Of a stretch of 64,000 nt of DNA, positions 26,439-39,870 are shown one piece after another. The first letter of the stretch is position 1; each line of letters starts with the position of its first letter. This DNA is from Cenococcum geophilum (Eukaryota): assembly GCA_050273025.1 (NCBI GenBank), contig CP158635.1:14756001-14820000 (forward strand), read 5' to 3'. The notes under the pieces are model-generated. The model was not told the DNA's origin, ran no database searches, and saw nothing but the letters and a program-made list of their open reading frames with translations. The translations under genes and the position numbers were made by a program.

Positions 26439-28690
26439 ATGTCCAGCTTTAGCCTTATATATTTTAGCTATAACAATAGGCTAAAAAGCCAGCTAGCAAA
26501 GGCCCTAAGGATTTAAAGATCCTTCTCTACTAGGTAGATCCTAAATTATTAAGCTTAAATCCTACCTTTTATAGTACCTAGAGCAAGGCATATCCCTAGC
26601 ATTAGCTTACCTTACTTTAGTAGGAAGTAAGATAACTATAATACGCCAAAGATGCTATATATAGATATTCTATATCTTATACCTACTGGGGGAAGTAAGA
26701 TTAAGTAGTTATAGTCTGGCTGTCTCTATATTATAGAACTACTAGGAAGGGGTTTTATAATTAGCAGTTGCATTTAAAAAGGTATATATTTCCTATAGCA
26801 TTCTAAAGCTTATATCCTTTATTAAAGTTTACTATAAGCACCCTATCTATTATTAAATATTAAACTATACCTTTACGTCCCTTATATCCGCAAATACCCT
26901 TATTAGGCTAGTATTTAGCAATATCTATAACGCCCTTATATCTTAGCGCCAGAATAACTAGGTAGATAGCGCTTAAGCCGCCCTTTACCACATACTTATT
27001 AAGCCTAAGTAGATATATAATAATAAGATAGTTTACCTTTAACGTAAGATAGAATATACTAAGTATAATACTAATAGTAAAGTAAGCAAGACCCTTATAG
27101 AGCCAGATACTAACACTAAGGAGTAGCTTTAAAAGCTTGGCATAGTCTAGGTTGGCTATTATCTGCTAGGGCTATAGTCTCTACTAGCTATACTAGAGAG
27201 GGGATAGGCGGTAGAAAAGGGCCCCTTAGAAAATATATCTATTAACCTACTTTTCTATACTAGGTCTTTTATAAAGTTATATAATATTAACCTCTAGAAC
27301 CCCTATATATAGTTTAACTTCTTTTCTAAAAGTAAGGGCCTCTATATTATAGGCTACTCTAGGTCTCTATTAGCGCAGCTAACGGTTAATAATAACGCAG
27401 CTATGCGGTAGCTGTATTACTTAAACCAGTATAGTATAAAGATACTACTTAATAAGCTTAAATACTACTTCTAGTGGACAGAATTTGCTACTAAAGATAA
27501 CTTTAAGAAAGCTCGCAGACGCTATATGGCTTACGCTCTTAGTAGGCTAGTAGCTGCTAATATTAATATTAAGATGCCAACCTTACTCCCTAATAAGAGA
27601 ATAATGGGTAGGTAGATATTAGAAGATACTTTAGGTACGGGCGGTTATGGAAGAGTATTTTTTACCTTAAATTAGTTAGCCAATATAGCCGCTGTTAAGG
27701 TAGTAGAGCGGACTTCCTAAAATTGTTATAGTGTGGATAAAGAGATTAAGATACTTTAGGAAGTAACTAATCTTATATAGAAGTTAGATAATAGTAAATA
27801 AATTCTGTATATAGTAGAGGTAATCTACTCTAATAGTAAGGAGTTCTCCTTTAAGACGGCCTTTAATAATATTGCTATTATCCTAAAGCTAATAACACCC
27901 TAGACCTTTAGCGACTTAGTAGGGACTTAGAGCAAGGGGTAAGCCTCTTATATTTTTAAAATTATAGTTTAAAAGAATATAGCTAATGTATAAGCTTAAT
28001 AGAGGGTATAAGGGTATAATAATAGAGGCAACAACTACATTCTGCGCCGCACTACTAGGTGTTAAAGTTATATATAACAGACGCTAGCTGCACTATAACC
28101 TAAAGTTAACTAATATCGGCCTTATTGGCAAGCCGCTCTATTTTATCCTACTAGATATTAGTATATCTAGGCATATCTAGGTAGGTAGGTTGTTATAGCC
28201 TAAGCTAGGTACAGTTAGTATAATTAGCTATTTTACTTCTAAGCTTAAGCTAGAGGACTATAATTACTCTATTAATATCTGGTCTATAGGTATTATCTTA
28301 TTTAAGCTAATATATAACTACTACTTATAAAAGTTCTCTATTAACCTATAGCGCGATAGCAAAAATAATAAGAAGCTGCGCCCTTCCTTTTAGAAGAGTT
28401 ATTAGAATGCTATTAATAAAATAGCCAGAGATTATAAAAGTGCGTACGCGTCGCTGGCTAGAGGCTATATATATTATAAGTGTTCTATATTATAGAGCTT
28501 TAATAGCTTTTAGTAGCAGATAGGCTAATCTAAACTTATAGTTAGCGGTCTTTTTATTAAGATAGTAAGATACTAGTAGGCAGTAAATAACTATATATAG
28601 CGCCCTAATATTAATAAGGTTCTCTAGTACCTAATTTAGGGCCTACTACTACCTAAATCTCTATAGGTAAAGAGATAATGGTTAAAATAT
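26439..28690 (+). pseudogene. RIPped Ser/Thr protein kinase gene with probable FHA-like N-terminal region
   Basis: LGTGGYGRVF at 27631, AAVKVV at about 27688, LH(R)(D)LK..NIG at 28088, GTVS..SY at about 28207 and I(D)IWS(M)GIIL at 28271. Introns start GTAAGC at 27939 and near 28477. Many TAA/TAG stops. Start and FHA-like call are tentative. Confidence 0.85.
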
Positions 28691-28892
28691 AGCCTTAAAG
28701 ATGGGGAGGTATAAGCGAGCGTTATTTAGAAGGCTACCTAGCTAGTATATTATAGTTATGCAAAAGAGAGATTGGTAGCACTAGTATATATACTATATCC
28801 AGTGCCTATAGCAATTAAATTCCCGTTTCTCTTAATAATAATACCGCTGCCCTATATTCTATTACTTCTAACTATACTTAGGCCTAGGGTTT

Positions 28893-29905
28893 ATGCCACC
28901 CCCTTATTGTGCCCTATATATTAGATTACGTAATAACGCCTCCTTACCGCGCCTGTGCTAACTTATGGATTTCCAACCTTATTTAAAGGCTTATCTCCCT
29001 AACCTCCACCCAAAACAGCCTAACTTATGACGTCCCTATATATAGCTATTACTGGCCATAACATCGCGGCTAGATAGCCTACCTACTACTATAGCTAGCT
29101 AAGATCTGCTTATTATAAGCCTATATCCTTTTAATTTAGTTTTATATTACGGCTTATTAAACTAATAGTAGCGCGAACTTGTAGAACTACCTTAATATTA
29201 TTACTACTTAAGGTGCCTACCTTGTTCCTTATACGGGTATACCGGTATTCTAAAAAGCCTATAATAACTAATTCGCTGCCGCACTTAAATAGTACCTTAA
29301 TGCGGTTATTACTAAATAGATATATAGAAGTGTTATATATTATGGCACCGTTAATAAATGGCCTATAGGGCATACGCCACTAGAGGTTAAAGAGAAGCGT
29401 AAGGCCAAATTAAAGGCGTAGGAAGAGCTTAAGGGGGCTACCTCTAATAATAGTAGCAATAATGACGATAATAATAAAGATAAAGGTAGTAATGATATTA
29501 ACGCCAGAGTTGGTCTGGGGAAACTAGTGGTAGCACTAGACCGGCCCTAGAGGCTATGGAGGCTATGCTAAGTAGACTGGCTCCTAATACTACCGCTATT
29601 TACTAAAAGCCCTCTGGCCATACTATATAGGAGGAAGTAGTAGAGGATATCTAGGGAAGATAAGGAGGAGAAAGAGCGCCCCGCTAAGAAGTACGTTAGC
29701 TTTACTTAAGAAGTCTCCGCCGCTATAGAAGATGCTATGCCTAATATAGTACGGTAGAAGGCCCGGAAGCGGCGACGGACTCTTAACGCAGGCGATAAAG
29801 AGGAGGGGGATAAGAAGCGGCCAAGTAAGGTGCGAGTTACTACTACTTGCCCTAGCAGCATATAGCTGTAGAGACTACGACTACGGCCAAGATAACTAGC
29901 TAGTT
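28893..29905 (+). pseudogene. RIPped hypothetical gene with acidic and basic (NLS-like) C-terminal region
   Basis: ATGCCACCC at 28893; GC-richer, codon-like sequence reading KEEKERPAKK and KARKRRRT..GDKEEGDKKRPSKVRV. No family recognised. Confidence 0.4.
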
Positions 29906-30107
29906 AACGATGCCACGATTGTTGCAATAGGGCGGCTAGGCTAGCCGCTTACGCGCTTATAATATTGCGCTACGCCGCTCTCAGACGTAATTTTAGTAGT
30001 GCACTATGTATATAATTAGCGTCCCTTACGGACTAATTAAAAATCTATACTAATAGAATTATATCTAAGCTTACTAAGGTAAGTATAAGCGAAACGCAAG
30101 GAGGATT

Positions 30108-30400
30108 AGCGTAGAAAAGTTAAACTAATTTGATGTGGCTTAGACTAAGGCTTTATAGGGCTTAGTTAAATGCTAAGCCCTAATGACCTAAAGTGCGGGT
30201 ATATTATTTGCAGTCTCTAGTTATATAGGCTAAAAACGTAGTGCGTATATGGGATTCTAATATTACTGGAAAGTTGTAGGCAGTATTTATTAGTCTATAA
30301 CTAATTATACTTATTAGTTTTAGTTTATTCCGCAATATATAAGGCTCTAATATAATAGGGCTTATGCAGTAAGGCTGAGGGGGCGCCTATAAACAATTAC
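30108..30400 (+). repeat. Dispersed repeat, copy 2 (copy 1 at about 2800-3062)
   Basis: Same conserved blocks as 2800-3062, with differing spacers. Confidence 0.85.
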
Positions 30401-31237
30401 GTGGGTGGTCCTAAAGTTAACCTCTTTTTGTAGCGGTTAATTGACCTATTTTCTAAAAATAGGATCCAGTTCCTAGAACTGGATCCGGTTTTTAGAATTA
30501 TGCCCTTTTTATAGTAGTTAATTGGCCTACACCCCAAAACCGGAACCAGGATCCAGTCCCCAAAACTAGATCCAGTTTTAAGATTGCAATTTAAGCTAGA
30601 ACTGAAAATAGTCCGTTTAGCTTAATACTATATACCTTTTTGGTTATATTTGGTATATTTAGAACCTAGAATTAGGATACAGTCTTAGATCCTCTATTTA
30701 TTCTCAATATTTCTACCCTATTAATATAAAATTCAGAGTTAATCTATACCTTAGTTACCCTATAAAACGCTAGCAGGCCATTAATTATCTAGTACTATAG
30801 TGATATATCTAAGGCAAAGGTCACTACTAAGGTTAAAGCGAGCTATAAATAAGAATTTTTAAAAGTAAAAGGAGACCTTTTTATAAAAGGCTAATAGATT
30901 AAAGCGAGACTATAACGTAGATTGCTATATCCTAATACGGTATAACGGTCGATTTTATACCTATATATCTATAGATTAACCTTTATAGCCTCCAAATCCA
31001 TAAGACTTAGTAGGCTCTCCCCCCTCTATTACTATTATAGGACTACTAACTGCTTTTAAAGGAAAAGTTCTATCCTGTAATAGTTAAGAAGACGCTAGTA
31101 CATTTTAACTATATTAAAGAGGGTAGACCAATAGAGGCTAATTTAGGGACATCCGGATTAAAAAGCGATAAGTCTTTTCTTTATAGAGGACTAAACAAGT
31201 TATAGGCTAGCTAACTTATTGCTACTAAGTATATAAA

Positions 31238-34200
31238 TGTTACGGGACGTAGGCAGTGGCTATAAAGCGTATATATTCGAGGAGTCTACAAGACGTTACG
31301 CGATCGATCGTAAGGGTCGAGGGCGTAAGGAGGTAATATACCTACGCGTAGCTGATATAAGCTATACGCGAGGTATACGCGAGAGCACGGGGCTCTCCTA
31401 TAGAGGCCCCTGCGGTAGGGTTCTATAACACTACCCCCCCTCTTATAGAGGCGGAGCTCCGGTGACGCTGTGGTTACTATATATATATAAAAGAGACACT
31501 TAAGGTATAAAAAAGAAGAAAAAAGGGGGGTATTGCTGAAGGCTTAGAACAACGTTATGTAATAGGGCTTGGCATCTAAGAATCCGACTAATTAGATAAC
31601 TTTAACCGCCGGTTAAAGTTTCTGGATATTTTAACAATATTCTAGTTACGTAATCGTACTTTACCATAATCTAACGGCAATTTAACGGCAATTTACCTTT
31701 ACGTGGTAATATATAACGGTTTAACTCTATAAGGGCTCCTATAGAGGATTAGGTATAAAGTCTCTGCTTAGGCCCAGTTTCTATAGGTTTGCGTAGTAAA
31801 AGTTGCTAATTAGATCCTTTGCATTTTTAAAGTCTTCTTATAGTTACTATTCTGGCTAATCTATATCAAATCCTATATATATAGCTCTATAGTAGAGCCA
31901 TCGTCCTCTGCCTTTGCCAAAGTATTTAGAGTTAATAATTCGTTTAATAGTCCACTCCTCGTGGTTCTTGTCTTTATTCTTATCTCGGATTAGTACTAGT
32001 AGGGGTTTAGGCTATATCTGCCCTAGTAAGGGGTTGGGCTAATAAAGGTATAGTAGCTATAGGTAAAATACGGGCCATATCCCGCGGGTGGCTAGGGTAG
32101 GCGGGAGTTCTAGCTTATATACAGCTCCCCTATTAATAACTCATTTAATTAGATAGGGGCCAAGGTTCTTATAATTAAGTAACTTTATAGGCCTTTATGT
32201 AGAGATATTGCGTATATCTAGCTATACCTAGTCACCAACACGCATCTCTAGTGGTGGCGTTCTATAATAGTTGGCGAAGTAGGCCTACTTTACTTAAGCC
32301 TAGGCCATTTCTCCCTTATAGTAGTTAAGTAGATTTTTTATACGGTCTGCATGCTAGTTGGTAAGTAGCATCTTAAGGCGTTTTCTATATGGCAGTTTCT
32401 TATTAATAGGTTCTGGTGGCTCTATGCTAGATTAGGGGTGATAACCCTTATTCGCGAAGAATGGGGTAAGTCCTATAGTGGTTAAGACGTAGTTATTTAC
32501 TGCGAATTTACCTAGTAGGAGGTAATCTACCCAGTTATCTTAACTATAGGCGACTACCTATTGTAGGTACGCTTTTATACTGGTATTAGCGTTTTCTGGT
32601 TACCTAGCAGTTTTATAGTAGAAGGATATAGATATTTTAACGGAGATGCTAAGGCGTTGGCAGATTTGTCTCTATATATTAGAGTTAAATTATATACCTT
32701 AGTTGGACGTAATTGAGTTAGGTAGCCTATATAGTTAGTAGACTTTATAAAGGAAGGCGTTAGTAACGTCGCTAACGGCTATGCCTTTGGTTGGGATGTA
32801 GTGGCGCTCTTTTATAAGTTGGCATATTATTATAAGGATGTTCTTATAGGTACGGCCATATTATTTATAGGGTGGTAGGTTAATAACGAAATCTATAGCA
32901 ATATCTGCCTATTGTCGTATAGGTACTGGTAGAGGGTGTAGTAGTCCTTGGTACTTTGTATTAAAGGCCTTAGCGCGTTTATAACTATAGCAGGCGCCTA
33001 TAAAGCGTTTAACTAAGTCTATTATTTTTAGCTAGAAGTAGTATTGGCTAAGAAGCTTATAGGTTCCTCTTCTACCTAGGTAGCCGCTTAATTGGAGGTC
33101 GTAGGCCATTTAGATTAGTTGCCGTTGTAGATTTTTTAAGTTAGGGATAAATAGGCGGCCTCTATAATAGAGCCTATTCTCTTTTACTTCTAAGGCTGCT
33201 ATATTAATCTGGCCTAAGCTTTAGAGGTTAATAGGCAGCGTATAGGCGCTGGTAGTCTTTGCGGTAATAAGTTAATACAGTAATAGGTTAACAGAGGCGT
33301 TATATGCCGTAGTAATAAGTTTGTTAATTTTGGGAGGTAACTCTAGTTCTATAGTATAAAGCTAGGGTATAGTTGGCTCTATTGTAGGTAGTATGCCTAG
33401 GGCCAAATTTCGTGCTTTTAGGATCGTCTGTTATTAGAACTAATTGTGGGGGTTATTTTTAGACTAAGGAAGGTCTTGCGAGCGGCGTATTAGGCTATTA
33501 GGTTTAGTACCTTATACTCCTAGTCTATATATAATTTTAAAGTTAAAACCAGAGAGGAACTCGTTCTAACGTACTTAGTGTTAGTTTAGCTGCTTCGTGG
33601 TTATAAAGTACTTAAGATTATAATAGTCCGTAAGGACTTTAGTTAGCTAGTTAGGCTCTACTAAGGAGAGTTCTAGTTAGAATTCTTTAAACGCTTATAT
33701 AATTGCAAGAAGTTCTTTATTATAGATCTTATAGTTACACTCTTATAGTGTAAGCTTAGACGAGTAGAATGCGACTAGGTAAAGGAGACCGTCGTCACCT
33801 ATCTAGAAGAGAATGCCTGCGTTAATGTGGTCTGAGGAGTCGGTTTTAAGGTAGAGTTATTATTCTAGTGTAAAGTAAGCTAGGACAGGTGCTTTAGTAA
33901 AGGCGTTTTTAAGGTCTTAGAACGCCTTCTTATATTTAGGCGTCTAGATAAAGCGTAGGTGCGTTTTTCTTCCTTTTGTAGAAAGGCCCTTCGTTTGCAT
34001 TATTGCTGTAAGTAGTGCTACTACGCCTAAGAAGTTATATATAAATTTCCGATAGAAGTTGGCGAAACTAAGGAAGGCTTATACGTCCTTAATGCAGTTA
34101 GGGGCTTGCTATTTAGTAATTGTATATACCTTCTTAGGGTCTATATGGACACCCTTAGTAGTAATAATTAGTTTAAGGTATTTTACTTCTGTAACTAAGA

Positions 34201-37200
34201 ATTCGCATTTCTTTAAATTAATGTAAAGTCCTGCGTCCCTAAGGCGCTGTAAGACCTTTTAAACGTGTTTAGTATACTTAGAGGGGTTATTGTTATAAAT
34301 AAGTATATTATCTAGGTACGCAGAGTAGAAGTTGTTAAGGTAGTCCTATAAGGCGTTATTAATGTAGCTTTAGAAGATACCTGGGCCGTTATATATGCTA
34401 AAGGGTATAACGGTATATTTAAATTAGCCGAAGCGCGATGTAAATGCGGTTTTCTATTTATTACCTTCCCGTATTTAAAGATGGTTAAAGGCGGTAATAA
34501 TATTAAGCTTAGTATAAATTTTAGCTTGGCTAAGCCGCTTAAGGGTCTTACATATAAGCGGTACTGGGTATTAGTTTTTAATTATAATAGCGTTAAGTCC
34601 TTTATAGTTAACGTAGAATTAAATACCTCTTCCTAGCTTCTTAGCGAGAAGGATAGGGGCGGCTGCTAGTAACATACTAGGACGAATAAATCTTTTATTA
34701 AGGTGCTTGTTAATATACTTTTTTATAACTAGAAGCTTATCTTTTAATATTAGGTAGGGTCTCTTATAAGGTAGCATTTTTCCTTATTTAATATTAATGG
34801 TATAGTTATTAGGTTAATATAGGGGGAGTATATCTACACTCTTTTGTAAGTATATGTCGGTAAAGTTATAGTACCTCTTAGGAAGGAGCTTGCGGAGTTC
34901 TTTGTTGGTAAGTCCTTTTTTAAGCTTTATAAACTTCTTAAAGTCTAAAGGTAAAAGTCCGTAGAGTTCTGTAGGGGCGTCGTCTTCTAAAAGGTTAACT
35001 ATATCTATCCTATTACTATAGAGGACGTGGTTTTGTTCTTTATTAAGCTTATATAGTTATAATTAGGAAGCTATAGTAACGGTCTAGCCTTTCTTATATA
35101 CTATATAGTAGAAGGCTGGGGCACTTATATAGTAGTAGTTAGTCATAGGTGGGATAATAAGGGGTTCCTTAGGTTGATATCCTGGGGAGTAAATAGAGGC
35201 AGCTAGGCTATGCCCTAGGCAAGTCTCTCTACAGTATTTAGAGTTAAAGGTTGCTTCTCTCTTCTTTTAGTTAATGGCGGGGTTATATTATTTAAGCTAG
35301 TTTATTCTAAGGATAATAGGGTAGTTAGTAAGTGGTATTATATAGGCCTAGAGTTTTTCCTAGTGCCTATTTATATCTAGGTGGAGTTATACTATATGGG
35401 TAATCTTCTATGCGGTATAATTACTATTAGCGAGTTATAGAGCGCGGGCTTTAGTAAGGGGTAAGGTAGGTAGGTTATAAGTATATACAAATTAGGTATC
35501 TATAAATTTATTAGTAGCTCCGTAATTAATTATAGAACGGCTTTTATATTATTTTTTGGCAGTAGTTCCTATTATAGGTAAAACTATCTATTTCCGTTTA
35601 TTTATCTTTATAGAGTTATTTATTAAGTAAGCCGATATATAGATCCCTCCGTTATTAGGGTGTCCTAACCTATAACTTAGGGCTAGGACTTAGTGTTTTC
35701 CGTTTCCGTATCTAACTCTACCGCTATTACTACGTCTTTATCTTATATGGTAGTAGCGCGTAGTAATATATTTAGTGTTTAGGGTATTAGGTTAGGTATT
35801 AGGCGGCAACTACTAAACCTAGCTATTGGGCAGTTTAGGTTATCGCGATAATAGCCTTCTTAATAGTATCTATAGCAGCGTCTTAGTTTCTAAAGTAGCT
35901 CGCGCTCTCTATCTAGGAGTTTCTATAGGAAGGTTAGTATAGAGAAATCGATATTAGTTCCGGTAGTATTTAAGGTAATAGGTGTTGGTAGCTTAGTATA
36001 TATAGGTTTAGTAGGCCTAGGGGGCTTCTATAGAGAGGTCTTTAGATAAGGGTTAGCAGTAGTAATCTAATTTAGTTATTATTTAATCTTCTGTAGAGCT
36101 GCTACCATATTATAAACATTATTATAGTTGTAGCTGGCGGCTGCGTGACTAAGGCAATAAGTAACTTTTTTAAGGAGGTTCTTTTGGTCTTTAGTATCGT
36201 CTTAGGTAAGGGCTTTAGTATATTCCTAGAATTTAATATAGAATTTGTTAAATAATTTGGTAGGGCTTATCTTTAGGGCACGTAGTTTAGCTTAGTTGGT
36301 GGCTAGTAGGTTATAGTCGCGGTATATTAGGTTAAGATTATTAAGGACTTTTTAGTGGGACTGCCACTTCTAGGGGCTACTAGTCTCCTATTAGGCGAAG
36401 AGTCTATTAAATAGTGTACCCTTTATTCGCCCTATAATGTAGCTAATCTTAGTATCTTCTGTAGGAAAAAGGTAGGCGCTCTAAGTTAGTTTCTTGCGGA
36501 TTTATATCTTCTAGTAGCTGTATTCCTTACGGTCTCCCTAGAAGACTAGGGGATTAAGGTAGCGTATATTAGACCCTACGGTGGCAGTTTAGGTCTAATT
36601 ATTATAGCTTTTATTATCGCTGCTTTAGTAGGGGTTTCTGTTAAGTAAAGCTGCTTAGCGCTAGCCCTCTATTAAGTATCGAGTAGGTAAAGTTGCTAGG
36701 GGCGTAGAGACTTAGGTGGCGTTATATATAGTAGAGAGGTATCTAGCGTTATTACGAATATGCTCGTTAAACTAAGATTATAGGTATTTAATTATGCCTT
36801 CTCTTTTAATAACTATGGCAATTAGTATAATCTTAGCCTTCTTTAACTGTTAGACGTCGCGTTTAGACATACGGAGGTCGTTTTTAGTTTCTTAACGTGT
36901 GTTATTAGCGAGCGCCTTATAAGCTTATAGGTCTTAAATAATATCGCGATCTTAGGCAGTACACATCTCGGCTTATATAAGCTTTAAGTAATAGTTCTAT
37001 AGAAGGCGGTAGTATTTATTAGGGTCTTATGCTACCATTTTTATAAACGTTTTAGCGTCTTATATTTTAATTTTAATAGATAGTAGCCCTTCTGTTTACT
37101 TGTCCGTAGTTATATAGTTAATAAAAGATAAGATATTATTAGTGTCCGTCTCCTTAGGGGTTAAGGCTAGGGCTAATAAATTGAATTCTTTTAGGATTAA

Positions 37201-37603
37201 TTGGCGTTGTAGGTTAGATATAGGTATTGGATTGTTCTTTAGGTTTAATATAATAGCTAGTAAGGGATATTGTCTTACTATTATGGGTTCCTTAGAAGTA
37301 TAAAGTAAGGTAATTTATAAACACGCTACTTTTAGCAGCGCTTATAGTATTACAGAGACGTAGAATTGGTTGTAGGCTAAGCGTTAGTGGTAAAAAAGGG
37401 CGCAACGTAATGTTATGGGACGTGGGTAGTGGCTATAAAGCGTATGTATTCAAGGAGTCTACAAGACGTTACGCGATTAATCGTAAGGGTCGAGGGCGTA
37501 AGGAGGTAATATACCTACGCGTAGCTGACATAAGCTGTACGCAAGGTATACGCGAGAGCACGGGGCTCTCCTATAGAGGCCCCTGCGGTAGGGTTCCGTG
37601 ACA
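31238..37603 (-). mobile_element. Full-length RIPped Ty3/Gypsy chromovirus (family B, copy 1)
   Basis: 193-bp LTRs at 31238-31430 and 37411-37603; TSD ATAAA at 31233-31237 and 37604-37608; minus-strand PPT AAGAGGGGGGGTAG at 31431-31444. RT YLD(D) about 34307-34318, RNase H, integrase and chromodomain about 31770-31960. Confidence 0.97.
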
Positions 37604-37969
37604 ATAAAGGTGGAGAACTTATTAAACTTACTATAAGCGAGTCTCTTAACTTTAATCTAATATGTAAAAATTTGTTCCTTTATATATAACGATAATAAAA
37701 TATTCTTAATATAAAAGCAACTAGATAAAAATAAAATACTAAGCTAAGGAAATCCTAATTAATGCCTTAATTTTTAATAAATGCTAAAAGAGATAACCGT
37801 GGTTGCGAAAATCTTTCCTTATAAGAAATTTCTAATTTCTTAGGCTTCTTAGAATCTCTATCTCCGCCTTTCTTTAGTTTTGGTATTTTCCTAATATTTT
37901 TCTTACTAATTGCGCACTAGTATAAATAAGCATTCTCCGCTCTAGTTTAAGCCGGGAGGGTTATATAAA

Positions 37970-38325
37970 CTAGGCAATTATACGAGTTTGGGGATTATAC
38001 AAGCTCTGGGATCTTGCGAGCTAGAGGTTATATAAGCTGGGTAATTATGCGAGCTAGGAAATCGTGTAAGCTAAGAGATCGTGCGAGCTAGGTAATCGTG
38101 CGAGCTAGAAGATCTTACAAGCTAAAAGATCTTGCAAGCTAGAAGATCTTATAAGCTAGGCGATTTTATAAACTAGGTAATCGTGTAAGCTAGGAGATCT
38201 TATAAGCTATATGTGCGAGCTAGAAGATCTTATAAGCTAGGTAATTATATAAGCTAGGCGATCGTACGAGCTAGAAAATCGTACGTGTTAGGTAATTATG
38301 CGATTAAGGTAATTATGCGACCAAG
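37970..38325. repeat. Tandem array of about 17-bp units (GCGAGCTAGRMGATCGT-like)
   Basis: Roughly 20 contiguous degenerate copies; related motifs occur at 24390-24615. Confidence 0.85.
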
Positions 38326-38479
38326 GTACCTTAATAACGACTATACCGCTACGCCTACAGTCTAACTAATAGACTAATCGTGCTAATACGCCTATAATCT
38401 ATTGACTAGCTAATAGACTAAGCTCTAAATATTCTACCTTCTATTACTACTAGATACTAGCACCGTACCACCATTATAA

Positions 38480-38780
38480 TAGACCCTCTACTGCTCTACC
38501 TATAGTAACCTAATTAACTTTCTACTGCTTTGCCTATAGTATTATAATTAACTCCTACTACTCCGCCTGCAGCTAAACTAACACCTCACTGCCTTGCTTA
38601 TAGCACTATAATTAACCCTTACTGCTTTACCTGCAGCACCACTATTAACTTTAGCTACTCTGCCTATAGCCAACCCTAATTTAACCACTGTAGCTCTACC
38701 TATAGTACCACTACGACTTTAACTGCTCTGCCTGTAGTCTATAACTAACTACTACTATTCTACCTACAGTAATAACTATA
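38480..38780. repeat. Degenerate tandem repeat of about 30 bp (ACTGCTCTGCCTGCAG core)
   Basis: Repeated CTACTGCTCTACCTATAG / CTACTCCGCCTGCAG units. Confidence 0.7.
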
Positions 38781-38851
38781 TAAGGGTGTAAATAAGTACT
38801 TAAAGGACTAAGCCTAAGGGTAGGCTTGCTTTTTTTTAAGAGGGGGGGTAA

Positions 38852-39072
38852 TATAACGGTTAATACTCTATACCGTTATATAGTAACGCGTTACCTAATT
38901 ATAGGGCTTAGTTAGGGGTTTGGCTAAAGGCTTAGTGTCCTATAAGTATATAGCATGGCCCTCCCTCCTATATATACTTCTTCTTCTTCTCCTTATCTTA
39001 GTCTATTTAATAAATAGCCCTTTATTATTGCTTAATCTATTAGATCGCTCCTATAGGTCGCTAGCCGTAACA
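38852..39072 (+). mobile_element. Orphan 3' LTR (221 bp) preceded by a PPT
   Basis: AAGAGGGGGGGTAA immediately precedes T(G>A)TAACGG...CCGTAACA; TATA-like and CT-rich interior; no partner LTR seen in the window. Confidence 0.75.
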
Positions 39073-39870
39073 CTAAGTGTTATTAGTTAGAGTAGTCGCC
39101 TGCTTAAGCGATATAAGGATATTATAGACGGTATTTCCCTTAAAGGTGTAGTCGATATAGTTATAGGAAATTGTGCTAATAATATAGGTATGTAGAGATC
39201 TTAGGGCTGCTTTCTCTTTCTTATATTACTTATAAATACAGTTATAGTATTTTTATAGAGCTTAAAGCTCTTCCTTTTTGCCGTTATTAAGTGCTAAGAA
39301 TATAGTCTTTTAAGAATTAACAACTAATAGTAATAGCTCTAATGGGGCTTTATATCTAGGCAGATTATTTTTCCTAATATTTAAATTAATATACTCCTAT
39401 ACATTTTTACTGTCAACCCTATATTTAATAACTCTAATCTATTAGTCCTAATCGTTTAGGCCTATAAGGATTATAGTATAAGTAGTAATAAGTGTTTTAG
39501 ATTGTTAAGAGGATATATTTAAGGCCTATACTATATAGTTAATAATAAGGTAATTAAGACTTTAAATTAAAAATAATGCAGTAGATGGCCTAAGCTTATA
39601 ACTATTAAACGGATAAGTCACTTATAAGAACTCTGTCAATTAAAGCTAGCTTTAGAAGCTATCTATATATATAAAATAGGTAGTAAAAGGCTAACGACGA
39701 GGCTAATAACGGGGTTAATAACGATATATAATTGTTACTTAATTGCTACTAAGTTAATATTGCTACTTAGTCGGTAATAGGTAATAAATAGGTAATAGAA
39801 ACTATTAATAGGTAGATATTAAAGATAGTAGTAAGATATATAATGGCAAGAAATAGGGTAGTAAGTAGTA

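Noticed and set aside
31237..31428. ORFs 31237-31428, 37410-37601 and 59260-59538 encoding near-identical peptides
   Set aside because: They coincide with the 193-bp Gypsy B LTR read antisense to the element. The similarity reflects LTR identity, not a gene family.
37970..38325. Arrays here and at 47092-47220 as CRISPR-like
   Set aside because: Units are contiguous with no unique spacers, and the context is a eukaryotic RIPped region.
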